Shown one piece after another: positions 26,354 through 34,924 of a DNA stretch of 40,337 nt (position 1 is the first letter of the stretch; every line of letters starts with the position of its first letter). This stretch comes from a virus (Duplodnaviria; Caudoviricetes), in the IMG/VR virus record IMGVR_UViG_3300017912_003721, positions 1-40,337 of that record; one strand, given 5' to 3'. Made by a program: the position numbers and the translations under genes. Below the pieces are notes generated by a model. It saw only the letters and a program-made list of their open reading frames with translations, had not been told where the DNA came from and searched no databases.

Positions 26354-28864
26354 TTAGAAGAATCTTTCGATAGTATTTTGTTTATCAACCGGCATATCCC
26401 AAGACAGAGCATCATAGAACATCTGTATTTTCTTGTTCAAAGCACGATTGTATAACTTATCTCTATCGATATATTGTTTGATGAAATCCATCAATTCTTT
26501 GGGATCATCATATCCCTTGTAAGCCAAAGCATCTAACTGAAATGGATTGTTCTTTAGGTAAACCCATTTGATCTTACTGGCATTTCTAATCGGTTCTAAG
26601 TGATTAGATTTGTAATGAGATAGTAAATCATTGTATGCCAGAGAAGCTTTAACATGAGCTGGTGTACCACTTTTTGGTATTCTGAATATACCACCACTCT
26701 TAGTTCCTAAATATTTTTTCATACCTTTCACACCACTAGGTAGAGCAATATCATCTATATTATGATCACTCAAACTACTTTTGAACTTTAGTATAAACTG
26801 ATCTATCTTATCCTTTTCATAATTATGTAGAATAGCCTTCAATACATTTGTCATAAACTTTTGAAATGCTGGTGGAAATGAACTCCTCACAATATCCAAA
26901 CCTTTTACATCCAACTTCTCACATTCCAAACCACCATCATTGATAATCCATTGACCATATCTTTTCTTGGTAACCCAAAACGCTGACTTAGCAATCACCT
27001 CTTGTTTGATATCAAACCTGTGATCTTCACCAATGTTTAGAAACTTCTTGGCAAAATACATATAGGATTTATTAATATACTCTTGAACCTCAGAAGCAAT
27101 ATCTAGAATTTGCTCGGTCATAAACTTATCATCACTAATATCGGCATCAGGATATCTCTTCTTCACCAAAGGTATAGCAGAATAGAATACAGAATCAGTA
27201 TCAGTGTAGATACAATAATCCTCATCAGTACCCAAAAGATTATTATAATAGTGATTCGTTACCTTCTCTGTAAACTGAATCAACTTTACACCTGTGGTGG
27301 TGGTAGCCTCGGCATTGTCAATATCGTAAAACCTAAACACGGTCAACCCCAATACGCCATAGAAACTATTCAGAAGAATCTTCTGAACATATTGTCTCCT
27401 ATCAAAATAACCATGCAGTTCATCGTTACCTTCCTTACCATACTTCTTGGACAAACCCTTGTATTCGACTCTTTCGTTGAACCACTTTTCAAGTATCGCT
27501 GGTATGATACCACGTTGAGATGTTTTATAGACAACACCATTTGAAGCTACCGACACCTCATTTTTATTAAAGAAATCTTTTAACTCACCAGTAGAGAATG
27601 TTCTCAACTTCTCCTTACCTTGGTAGAATGAATAAGTTTTTTGCTCACCCTTGATAAACTCTTCAGCATCCCAACCAGCAAGTTTACCAATCTTAGTTTC
27701 AGGTGATATATTCAGAGACATAATAGTAGATGGATACATAGAGGTCAAGTCCAAATCATATACCCATTCATATCTACCTGGATTGGGATCTTTTACATAA
27801 GCACCACTGAACCTACCAGCAGAATCATCATAACTGGCATCATGTCTTTTACTAGGAGCAACTAAGTTCAACTTACGTAAGTAAGTCAACATAGCTCCCT
27901 CGATATATCTAGAACTAAAATACACTTCCTCATAAGGTATTCTACCCATATGAGATACAGCACGAGCAAGGTCGATCAACTTCAACTTTTCTTCTAATGC
28001 CACCACAATCTTCACATCAACCAAATTATATTCAATAAACTTATCAATATCATTCTCTAACAACTGATCCAATGTACCTTCATATTCGACCTTACCCATG
28101 TCAACTTCTATTTGACCTATGTAATCCAAGCGATAACTTGATCTCTGAACATAGGTAAACTTTCTATACAACTCAATATAATCCAAACTACTGACACCAG
28201 CAATCCTATACTTCTTTTTATTCTGATTATATCTAACTTGTTGAATAGGTGATAGAGCATTAGCAAACTCCTCACCGAAAACTTTTTTGATTCTATTATA
28301 CAAATAAGGTGTATCAAACTGATCTATATTCCAACCACTGATGATTGTAGGTTTAGCATCTAACCAAAACCTAAGAAACTCTTGTAACAAGTCTGCCTCA
28401 TTCTTAAAAAACCTAACCAAAGCACCACTTTTCTCTTCATCTTTTCTATCACCTAAGACATAAACATAAGACTTATCATCATGTGATGTTTGAAATGCTA
28501 TAGATGTAATTTTATTCTCAGCCTGTGCTGGTTCAGGAAAACCATCAGTAACTTCAACCTCAATATCATAATATAAAATACGATGATTCTCTGAGACATC
28601 ATCTGAATCAGGATATCTATCAATTAGAATACGAGTCTCCAATGGAATATCAGATTCAAACACACGACCAGTCTTGAAATCTTCTTCTGTCCAATAACCT
28701 ACTTTCTTTAACTTATCCCCATAGATAGATTGGTATTGACCAGCACCATCCTTTACATACGCATAATTCTTAAAGATAAAGTTTTGATAACCAGCTTTGT
28801 CATCCCAAAGATGAACCTCTACTTGATTACTTGCTCGTTTTTCACACCAGATATTTTGATACAT
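26354..28864 (-). CDS. family B DNA polymerase (gp43-like)
   Basis: ExoI YDIEV, ExoII GWNIDQFD, ExoIII YNLVD, DLTSMYPS, KILLNSFYG, YTDTDS, KKRY. Confidence 0.97.
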   Translation of the reverse strand: MYQNIWCEKRASNQVEVHLWDDKAGYQNFIFKNYAYVKDGAGQYQSIYGDKLKKVGYWTEEDFKTGRVFESDIPLETRILIDRYPDSDDVSENHRILYYDIEVEVTDGFPEPAQAENKITSIAFQTSHDDKSYVYVLGDRKDEEKSGALVRFFKNEADLLQEFLRFWLDAKPTIISGWNIDQFDTPYLYNRIKKVFGEEFANALSPIQQVRYNQNKKKYRIAGVSSLDYIELYRKFTYVQRSSYRLDYIGQIEVDMGKVEYEGTLDQLLENDIDKFIEYNLVDVKIVVALEEKLKLIDLARAVSHMGRIPYEEVYFSSRYIEGAMLTYLRKLNLVAPSKRHDASYDDSAGRFSGAYVKDPNPGRYEWVYDLDLTSMYPSTIMSLNISPETKIGKLAGWDAEEFIKGEQKTYSFYQGKEKLRTFSTGELKDFFNKNEVSVASNGVVYKTSQRGIIPAILEKWFNERVEYKGLSKKYGKEGNDELHGYFDRRQYVQKILLNSFYGVLGLTVFRFYDIDNAEATTTTGVKLIQFTEKVTNHYYNNLLGTDEDYCIYTDTDSVFYSAIPLVKKRYPDADISDDKFMTEQILDIASEVQEYINKSYMYFAKKFLNIGEDHRFDIKQEVIAKSAFWVTKKRYGQWIINDGGLECEKLDVKGLDIVRSSFPPAFQKFMTNVLKAILHNYEKDKIDQFILKFKSSLSDHNIDDIALPSGVKGMKKYLGTKSGGIFRIPKSGTPAHVKASLAYNDLLSHYKSNHLEPIRNASKIKWVYLKNNPFQLDALAYKGYDDPKELMDFIKQYIDRDKLYNRALNKKIQMFYDALSWDMPVDKQNTIERFF

Positions 28865-28896
28865 TTAGATTATAACTTTCCTATTTACGATATGAT

Positions 28897-28926
28897 AATA
28901 TACGAAAAAAACCCTATATAAGTCAA
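28897..28926 (-). promoter_or_regulatory. sigma70-type promoter TTGACT-N18-TATATT upstream of the DNA polymerase
   Basis: Minus strand TTGACT tatatagggtttttttcg TATATT, immediately after a terminator. Confidence 0.6.
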
Positions 28927-28936
28927 GGGTTTTTTT
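28905..28936. repeat. 11-bp inverted repeat overlapping the polymerase promoter
   Basis: AAAAAAACCCT-N10-AGGGTTTTTTT. Confidence 0.7.
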
Positions 28937-28939
28937 GAT

Positions 28940-28966
28940 AAAAAGGGGGATATATTTCAATCCCCC
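28940..28966 (-). terminator. rho-independent terminator after the TonB-dependent receptor
   Basis: GGGGGAT-TGAAATAT-ATCCCCC-TTTTT on the minus strand. Confidence 0.85.
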
Positions 28967-28978
28967 AATTTCATCATC

Positions 28979-31729
28979 TTAGAAATTAACAGTTAGTCCT
29001 AAGTTGTAGTATCTTGGTGTACCCAAAAATACTTCAGCATTATGAGCCAAGTGAAGTTTATCACCATAGCCATTGTACTTACTGTTATCAGTAGCATCTT
29101 GAACATATACATTGTCAAGAACATTAAAGACATGACCATGTAAGGTCAAGTCCAAACCAGCAATCTCTGGTAGTTTGTATGATAAGTGTAGGTCGAGTTT
29201 GTTATAGCCAGGAGCTTTCCAAACTTGTGCTCTATCCTCATCACCCGTTACCTCACGAGATTCTGGTGACCAATCAGCGTAATTGTCATCATAGACTTTC
29301 AATAGTCCTTGAATGTTCAATCCTTTGATTGGTTTTAGTGTTAAACCACCAACATAAGCAGTTTGTGGCATATCACCAACTTTTAGATTGTTTAGAGCAT
29401 AAACATATTCGGTTGTCATCTGTCCGATAATCTGACCTTCTTCATTATACTCTTGTTCTAAGTAGTCACCTTTGGCATCTCCATCGAACTTCCAATCACC
29501 TTTACTGAAAGCAAGGTCTACATCAACCATTTCGTGTAGGGCAACTTTAGCCTCTACCTCAACACCAGTATGACTTTGATTTACACCAGTAAGATAAATG
29601 ATGTCTGTGTCACCTGAGTCACCAGCACCAGTTTCTACATTACGAGTTAGGTTTCTATCTTTCCATTGTGTGTTGTAGTAACTACCTTTGATAGCAACAT
29701 TACCACTTCTGTAAGAACCACCAACCTCTGCTGATGTGAACTTCTCATTATCTGGATTGGAAGAAACATTACCATCGTAGTCAATCACATTGTCTAAGAT
29801 TGGTGGTTTCTGAACATATCCAAGATTAGCAAAAGCAGATAATCTGTCATCAAGATTATAAACACCACCACCCTTTACTTGAAAGGTTGTGATGGATGGA
29901 GCTTCTACAAGTTCCTTCTCAACAGAAAAATGGTCTTGATAAGAATATCCAATTGTGGATACCCCACCCATACCATATAGATTTAACTTAGCGATGTCGT
30001 ATTTACCTTGTACGAAAGCACCGAACCAATCAACTGTAGTATTGTTATGGTAGGCAATAATATCACCTAAACCAACTTTCTTACCATCTGGTGCATTGTC
30101 ATCAGCGTAGTCTACATAGTAGTCTCCACCGAGTAAATCACGAACTTCTCTAGCATGTTCGATTCCAGCCGTTCTCCAATCAATACCAACTTGAACTTCT
30201 AAGTCATCGTTGACATCATAGTTTAGTTTGGAAATCAAACCATAGGTATTTTGCCTATTGATTGAATTACGAAGTATACCTGTGGAACGGTTTTCGGTTT
30301 CTGACCATGTTGAATCTACATTAGCAGAGTTCTGAGCAATCTCAGCATTCCAATCCCAAGTCCAAGGTGAAGATGCATACCAAGGTTCTCCCTCAACTGC
30401 TGGAGCTCTTGATACACTTCCGTAAGTACCAGTTCCACCGCCAGAACCACCACTCCAATATAAGATTGAACTTACTTTGATTTGATCGTTTACGTTGTAG
30501 AAGTGGTTAAGGTTAACTAATGGTTTATGAAAGAAGTTTTCTCTTTCGTTTAGCAGACCACCAATCTTTCGATCTTGTAATCCACCACCGAATAATCCAC
30601 CTTCTCCATACATATACCAATACTGTTGACCTTTATACTCAGTATCAACGGGTGCCCAATTTTGGTTAAAGAACCTACCAGCTTCAGTTTCAAACTTCTC
30701 ACCTTCAGCGAAAGCAGTTTCATCGTATCCATCGATATCACCAGCTAACTCTTGTGAATAAGTTGTTATGTTCTGTTTGTATAGGTTCTGTCCATGTCTT
30801 TGTGGAGCACCAATTGCATATAACTCAAACCTTTGGTCATCAGACACAGCGTATGAACCACCTACATAGTAAGCCCACGCATCTGTCCAAGTTCCATCGA
30901 TAAGACCATCACCAGTTTTACGAACAATCGTTCCACTAAGTGCTAACTTATCTCCGATAAGACCAGAGTTATAATTGAGTGTTGTTTTCTTGAAACCAGC
31001 AGCACCGATTTCTTGTTTGACCTTACCACCCTTTTCAAGAGCAGCAGGATCTGTTATGATGTTCATAGTTCCACCAATAGATGGTGTAGCAAGATTAACA
31101 GCTGATAGACCTCTTTGCATCTGAATGGAAGAAGTAGCATCTCCTACTCCATCCCAATTGGACCAATAAACCCATCCGTTCTCCATATCATTCTGAGGAA
31201 CACCGTTTATCATCACTGCAACATTTCTTTGGTTGAAACCACGTACATTGATACGAGCATCACCCGCACCACCACCTTGACCAGTAGCATATACTGATGG
31301 TGTCATATTCAGAGACATTGGAATATCTTGTGAACCAAGACGAATTTCCATCTCTTCTTTAGTCACCGTTGTATAAGCAACAGGTGTTTTTTCATCAGCC
31401 CTAGAAGCCAAGACCTCAAGTGCTGTTAGAGCAACTGCATCAATTTCCAATAGAAAATTTACAGTTCCTACTATGTCATTCACCGTAACAGGATTCGTTA
31501 CTGATGAATACCCTATGAATGAAGCAGTTACATCATAGTCACCAGATTTACCAATATCGATAGTGTACTTACCATTAAGATCAGATACACCACCTTTCTC
31601 AGTTCCCTCGACAACTACATTGGCTCCAGCCAAAGGTTTTGAGTTCACATCTGTCACTACACCCACGATAGTTTGAGCAAACAAACCACTTGTTAGTAGA
31701 ACAGAAGTGATAAGATTACGATAATTCAT
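28979..31729 (-). CDS. TonB-dependent outer-membrane receptor with N-terminal carboxypeptidase-regulatory-like domain
   Basis: Signal peptide MNYRNLITSVLLTSGLFA|Q; GVVTD..KPLAGANV domain; plug INVRGF...MINGVPQND; beta-barrel; C-terminal YNLGLTVNF; GAGGAG RBS. Confidence 0.93.
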   Translation of the reverse strand: MNYRNLITSVLLTSGLFAQTIVGVVTDVNSKPLAGANVVVEGTEKGGVSDLNGKYTIDIGKSGDYDVTASFIGYSSVTNPVTVNDIVGTVNFLLEIDAVALTALEVLASRADEKTPVAYTTVTKEEMEIRLGSQDIPMSLNMTPSVYATGQGGGAGDARINVRGFNQRNVAVMINGVPQNDMENGWVYWSNWDGVGDATSSIQMQRGLSAVNLATPSIGGTMNIITDPAALEKGGKVKQEIGAAGFKKTTLNYNSGLIGDKLALSGTIVRKTGDGLIDGTWTDAWAYYVGGSYAVSDDQRFELYAIGAPQRHGQNLYKQNITTYSQELAGDIDGYDETAFAEGEKFETEAGRFFNQNWAPVDTEYKGQQYWYMYGEGGLFGGGLQDRKIGGLLNERENFFHKPLVNLNHFYNVNDQIKVSSILYWSGGSGGGTGTYGSVSRAPAVEGEPWYASSPWTWDWNAEIAQNSANVDSTWSETENRSTGILRNSINRQNTYGLISKLNYDVNDDLEVQVGIDWRTAGIEHAREVRDLLGGDYYVDYADDNAPDGKKVGLGDIIAYHNNTTVDWFGAFVQGKYDIAKLNLYGMGGVSTIGYSYQDHFSVEKELVEAPSITTFQVKGGGVYNLDDRLSAFANLGYVQKPPILDNVIDYDGNVSSNPDNEKFTSAEVGGSYRSGNVAIKGSYYNTQWKDRNLTRNVETGAGDSGDTDIIYLTGVNQSHTGVEVEAKVALHEMVDVDLAFSKGDWKFDGDAKGDYLEQEYNEEGQIIGQMTTEYVYALNNLKVGDMPQTAYVGGLTLKPIKGLNIQGLLKVYDDNYADWSPESREVTGDEDRAQVWKAPGYNKLDLHLSYKLPEIAGLDLTLHGHVFNVLDNVYVQDATDNSKYNGYGDKLHLAHNAEVFLGTPRYYNLGLTVNF

Positions 31730-31760
31730 AATCGTTCTCCTCGTTGTTCATTAATGAAAA

Positions 31761-31794
31761 GACACATTTTTCTACAGGTGTGTCGTCTGCCTGT
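31761..31794 (-). other. predicted H-type RNA pseudoknot in the TBDR leader
   Basis: ACAGG-CAGAC-GACACA-CCTGT-AGAAAAA-TGTGTC: S1 ACAGG/CCTGT, S2 GACACA/TGTGTC, A-rich loop 3, followed by TTTT. Confidence 0.6.
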
Positions 31795-31801
31795 CCGCTT
31801 T

Positions 31802-33814
31802 TTAGTTTGCATATTCTTGATCGTCATTATCACCATGCATTGGTGGGATTTCACAACTATCGTTGTTACAGAACTTATCGACATCAGCCTCTTCATTCTT
31901 TATCACACCAAAGGATAGTTTACCAAGTTTCTTTACTTGTTTATTGTATTCTTCTTCATCAATAGCTTCATAAGGCATTTGTTTATACGCACCATAATCA
32001 TGTCGTGGTAATAACGAAATACCTTTCAGATGATATTGATAATAATTCAAACATGGAGCAATTTGATCTGCTTCTGTTTGAGGATCAAATGTAACCGTAC
32101 AACTAACTTGGTTGTCTGCCCAATGTCGTTGTAAAAACGCAGCCAATGAGAATTGTTCCCAAATGGAGAGTTCGGAAGCAGTTCTGATTCCCTCTCCCAC
32201 ATCTACGGGCACTTCAACAACCATAGTAGTATCCTCAGAACCAAATGCTGGTTCTACTAAGTATCCAGCTTTTTTCAATGGTTCTAGTAATTCCGAATGT
32301 TTTGATAACCTAATTCTTCTAATATAAAATCTTGATTCAGGATAGTGAAGTCCTGGTGTAGCACCAGCTAATAGAGATACAGTTCCACTTGGTTTTACAC
32401 TCGTAGTTTTGATACTACGAGGCACTGCCATCCAATCTGAATAACTTTTATCCCACGTTTGAATAACATCGTATCCATTGTTCAACCACTGTTGAAACTC
32501 ATCTATTCCTCTGTTGGTAACAAACTGAGCAACACCACTTACTGAACAACCAATTCTTCTGTTTCTCAACATTACTCTATTTGTATCTGACCAATGAGTT
32601 CTACCCAATGTTACTGTTTTAGCATACAGATAAGCATATTTCAAAGTCTTAGCATAATCATCAAAATCATCGTGATTATCAGGAAATGTTTCTACCAAAC
32701 AACATAACTCGTATGATTCTAATGATTGTTCTAAACAAGGATTACCACCCATAACTCTATGGTCTTTGTTATCTCCACCATTTTTCATACGAGAATATTT
32801 TCTCATATTGTCTAACCATGCAAATCCAGGCTCACCATTATCCACAATTCGTTTGGCAGCTTCTGTATAATCCATACCCAATTCAGCGAATATACTATTA
32901 TTACTAGTCCATCCATATGTCTCCCTATGTGGGTTTACTTTATAATTCTTTAGGTCTAAATACTCTTCTGAATGTGGATCTCCAAACACAATCTCTGCTG
33001 TTCTTCTAACATTACCAGCCACGACACACTTACCAATGAGATTCATAATATCCACGATTGTTGTTATTGTGATTGGTTCTCCACTATTCTTTTCCAAAAC
33101 CTGTCTGATTTCTTCATGTACTTCTTCCAATGGTTCATAACCACTAGCAACACCACCAAATCCACTTATCGGTTCACCAGCTGCTCTTATCTTTGAGTAG
33201 TCAAAACTCACTGGTGCTTGACCATGAAAGTAACTTTCTAATAATAACTTCAGAGACTCAACCCAACCTTCACGAGTATCAGGTATTTCGTATACTTGGT
33301 CGTCACGACTTTTTTCAACTCCCTTAATTACTATCTCTCCAGCACCTTTGGTGTCAAATCCTACACCAACACCTAACATACTGGCATCCATAAGGAAACA
33401 GAAAGGTTTAGCATAATCTTCCTTTAGTGTTTTCGTTGATACGAAAGCACAATTGTTTAGGGCGGCATATAATCCTTTGTCTTCTGTAATGGACGTTCCC
33501 ATAGCCCACAGACCACGACCAGGTGGCAAGAACTTCATAGTAAAAATACGCTCATACATTTCTTGAGCTGATCTTTGTGCTTGCCAGGGATTCCACCCTA
33601 ATTGATGTGATTCAATCCAATTCATTTGCATCGTGTAAGTCCCCTCGACCACACGTTGAACAGTTTCCCACCATCGTTCATTCTTTCCATTATCTTTGAT
33701 TCTTGAATAAGTTCTCATATAAACCAACTCACCCAACCCATTGAAACCAAACGGAGCTTTTCTTCTTTTGTACTTATTGATAAAATTCTCCGATAGTGTA
33801 AACTTCTTTTTCAT
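31802..33814 (-). CDS. nrdJ: class II (adenosylcobalamin-dependent) ribonucleotide reductase, monomeric RTPR type
   Basis: RTYSR, PPGRGLW, LNNCAF, GGNPCLEQ, ELCCLVE, TTSVKPSGT, C-terminal CxxxxC; start reassigned to MKKKFT. Confidence 0.93.
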   Translation of the reverse strand: MKKKFTLSENFINKYKRRKAPFGFNGLGELVYMRTYSRIKDNGKNERWWETVQRVVEGTYTMQMNWIESHQLGWNPWQAQRSAQEMYERIFTMKFLPPGRGLWAMGTSITEDKGLYAALNNCAFVSTKTLKEDYAKPFCFLMDASMLGVGVGFDTKGAGEIVIKGVEKSRDDQVYEIPDTREGWVESLKLLLESYFHGQAPVSFDYSKIRAAGEPISGFGGVASGYEPLEEVHEEIRQVLEKNSGEPITITTIVDIMNLIGKCVVAGNVRRTAEIVFGDPHSEEYLDLKNYKVNPHRETYGWTSNNSIFAELGMDYTEAAKRIVDNGEPGFAWLDNMRKYSRMKNGGDNKDHRVMGGNPCLEQSLESYELCCLVETFPDNHDDFDDYAKTLKYAYLYAKTVTLGRTHWSDTNRVMLRNRRIGCSVSGVAQFVTNRGIDEFQQWLNNGYDVIQTWDKSYSDWMAVPRSIKTTSVKPSGTVSLLAGATPGLHYPESRFYIRRIRLSKHSELLEPLKKAGYLVEPAFGSEDTTMVVEVPVDVGEGIRTASELSIWEQFSLAAFLQRHWADNQVSCTVTFDPQTEADQIAPCLNYYQYHLKGISLLPRHDYGAYKQMPYEAIDEEEYNKQVKKLGKLSFGVIKNEEADVDKFCNNDSCEIPPMHGDNDDQEYAN

Positions 33815-33886
33815 GTATTTTGCCTCTGAAACGTTCTTGTTATGAATTATTACCAAATATAAATATAATATATACGAGCACTATTC

Positions 33887-34924
33887 TCATTTTTTAAACA
33901 CAAATATCGGTTCATATTTATATCCAGCACCCATTACACTCGATAATGTTAATTCGATTGTTTTTTCTTGTTTAAACCCTAGCTCCTTAGATATCCTAAT
34001 GGTTTCCTCTTCAATAAATTTATACTTTGGTGTGTTTGCTATATTGATTAACATGTATTTATTACCCTTTAATCCTCTGTAGCAATTCTCAATAGTCTTT
34101 TGTAAAAATCCATTTACCCATTCATCCTTAGTCGGATACTTAACATAGCTCTGTGTTTCTTCATCCGAGTATTTCTCAGTATCAAAATAAGGTGGTGAAG
34201 TGAAACACAAGTCCAAAGAATCCTTCTCTGGCTCAAAAACTTCACTACCTAATTTATGTAATTCTACTGACTTTGTCAAGTAATTAAAATCTTTTTTTAT
34301 CCTTTTCAATCCCTCAAATGTTTTGCTTGATGGTTCTGTTCCTATATACTTTGGTCGTGAACTTGCTAGAAAACCTATAAGTCTTCCACCCCAGCCACAA
34401 CTCATATCCCAAATCACATCACCACCAAACTTCTCATATATCAGTTTAGCAGCACTTGGTCGAAAGTTACTTACGGCTTGTGAGTTAGTGTGGATCTTTA
34501 GAATCTTTCTAATCGTATTATCATTTACACGATTAAATAACTTCCAACATTTTCTGATAGCACTTTTGAACTTTTCATCACTTGTATAAATATCCATTGG
34601 TGTATATTTTGCACCACCACATTTTACACTCCAAGCATGTGGAAAGTAAGACCAAGCCAATCTCAACCCATGCATTGTTTGTATGATTTGATTGTCTTTA
34701 AATATCGTGTCTATATTAAACTTTTGCATCTTTCTCAAATGCTTGTGTTTCTCATCTTCTCTGATTTGATAATATGGAAACCCATGTTTTCTATAATATT
34801 GATAAACGATTTCTACACCAGTCTCTATATCGTAGTTGTCCTTATCACTTAGAATCTCATAAAATCTAAGATCAGAATCCTCATAACCAAGAAAATCTGT
34901 TAGGGTTTTTCTATTACTAATCAC
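33887..34924 (-). CDS. SAM-dependent amino (N4-C/N6-A) DNA methyltransferase
   Basis: Motif I DMSCGWGGR followed by motif IV FTSPPYF..EKY. Confidence 0.8.
   Translation of the reverse strand: MISNRKTLTDFLGYEDSDLRFYEILSDKDNYDIETGVEIVYQYYRKHGFPYYQIREDEKHKHLRKMQKFNIDTIFKDNQIIQTMHGLRLAWSYFPHAWSVKCGGAKYTPMDIYTSDEKFKSAIRKCWKLFNRVNDNTIRKILKIHTNSQAVSNFRPSAAKLIYEKFGGDVIWDMSCGWGGRLIGFLASSRPKYIGTEPSSKTFEGLKRIKKDFNYLTKSVELHKLGSEVFEPEKDSLDLCFTSPPYFDTEKYSDEETQSYVKYPTKDEWVNGFLQKTIENCYRGLKGNKYMLINIANTPKYKFIEEETIRISKELGFKQEKTIELTLSSVMGAGYKYEPIFVFKK

Noticed and set aside
24710-28864. Archaeal origin suggested by PolB, the RFC-like loader and the PIP box
   Set aside because: Bacterial-type RecA, a TonB-dependent outer-membrane protein and sigma70 promoters indicate a phage of a diderm bacterium.
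2061-30741. Short minus-strand alternative-frame ORFs (2061..2249, 8702..8947, 10635..10832, 17926..18129, 28117..28317, 30550..30741)
   Set aside because: They are nested in longer motif-bearing genes and have no independent support.
31730-31801. Canonical cobalamin or TPP riboswitch upstream of the TBDR
   Set aside because: The spacer is only 72 nt and lacks a B12-box and the TPP CUGAGA signature.
31730-31804. Stop-codon readthrough or frameshift fusing nrdJ to the in-frame TBDR via the pseudoknot
   Set aside because: The spacer has TAG, TAA and TGA in frame, there is no slippery heptamer before the nrdJ stop, and the TBDR has its own RBS and signal peptide.
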